From positions 95,658-159,657 of the forward strand of contig JAQGDQ010000508.1 in assembly GCA_030141605.1 (NCBI GenBank): a stretch of 64,000 nucleotides of DNA, in the 5' to 3' direction. Source of the DNA: Tubiluchus corallicola. Its lineage: Eukaryota; Animalia; Priapulida. Every line of letters starts with the position of its first letter. Within the stretch, counting starts at the first letter, position 1. Under the pieces are notes generated by a model, which ran no database searches, was not told the DNA's origin, and worked only from the letters and a program-made list of their open reading frames with translations. The translations under genes and the position numbers were made by a program. Shown one piece after another: positions 63,770-64,000 of this stretch.

Positions 63770-63900
63770 ATTTGATCTTGTGACCTTGACACTGCTTGAA
63801 CCCGAAGTAGTGGGTTTCCAGCTCTGCCTTAGACCTTATTCCAGGTTTGGTCGTTACAGGTCATAAACACAGACAGACAGACAGACAGACAAGGATGATG
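63770..63900. repeat. Probable Helitron/Helentron-like non-autonomous fragment with (GACA)n
   Basis: tgaccttga motif, ccaggtttggt and an (acag)n microsatellite. Pattern resemblance only. Confidence 0.35.
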
Positions 63901-64000
63901 AAACGCCGTCAGAATTGTTTTTGTGAGGAGTAAATAATCAAAATAAAAACTGCAGCACTATATCTAAAACGAATGTAGGTAAAAATAGCACGGGTAACAA

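Overview
AT-rich, intron-rich animal (invertebrate-type) genomic DNA; no prokaryotic features. Four spliced protein-coding genes were reconstructed by hand with consistent splice phases. (1) A USH1G/SANS (ANKS4B-family) ankyrin-SAM gene on the minus strand, with exon 1 at 9635-9801, an 8.5-kb intron and exon 2 running off the left edge. (2) A 10-exon, ~1094-aa uncharacterised protein on the minus strand (11227-20441) with an atypical GATA-like finger (CX2C-X37-CNACG), two Cys/His-rich units, a Gln-rich coiled coil and a long disordered tail. (3) A complete 9-exon eIF3G on the plus strand (25348-33373). (4) A 28+-exon ADAMTS metalloprotease on the minus strand (35076-61328, first exon unresolved). 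The ADAMTS has a non-canonical architecture: the TSR + Cys-rich module is present three times in tandem before one spacer, with a Thr-rich insert, two GC-AG introns and no C-terminal TSR array. Introns and intergenic DNA hold many non-autonomous DNA transposons (hAT, Tc1/mariner, piggyBac, Harbinger-like), decayed RTE and CR1/L2-type LINE fragments, and long microsatellites. The best candidates for novelty are the triplicated-module ADAMTS and the long-loop GATA-like protein. All family calls come from motif recognition, not database searches.
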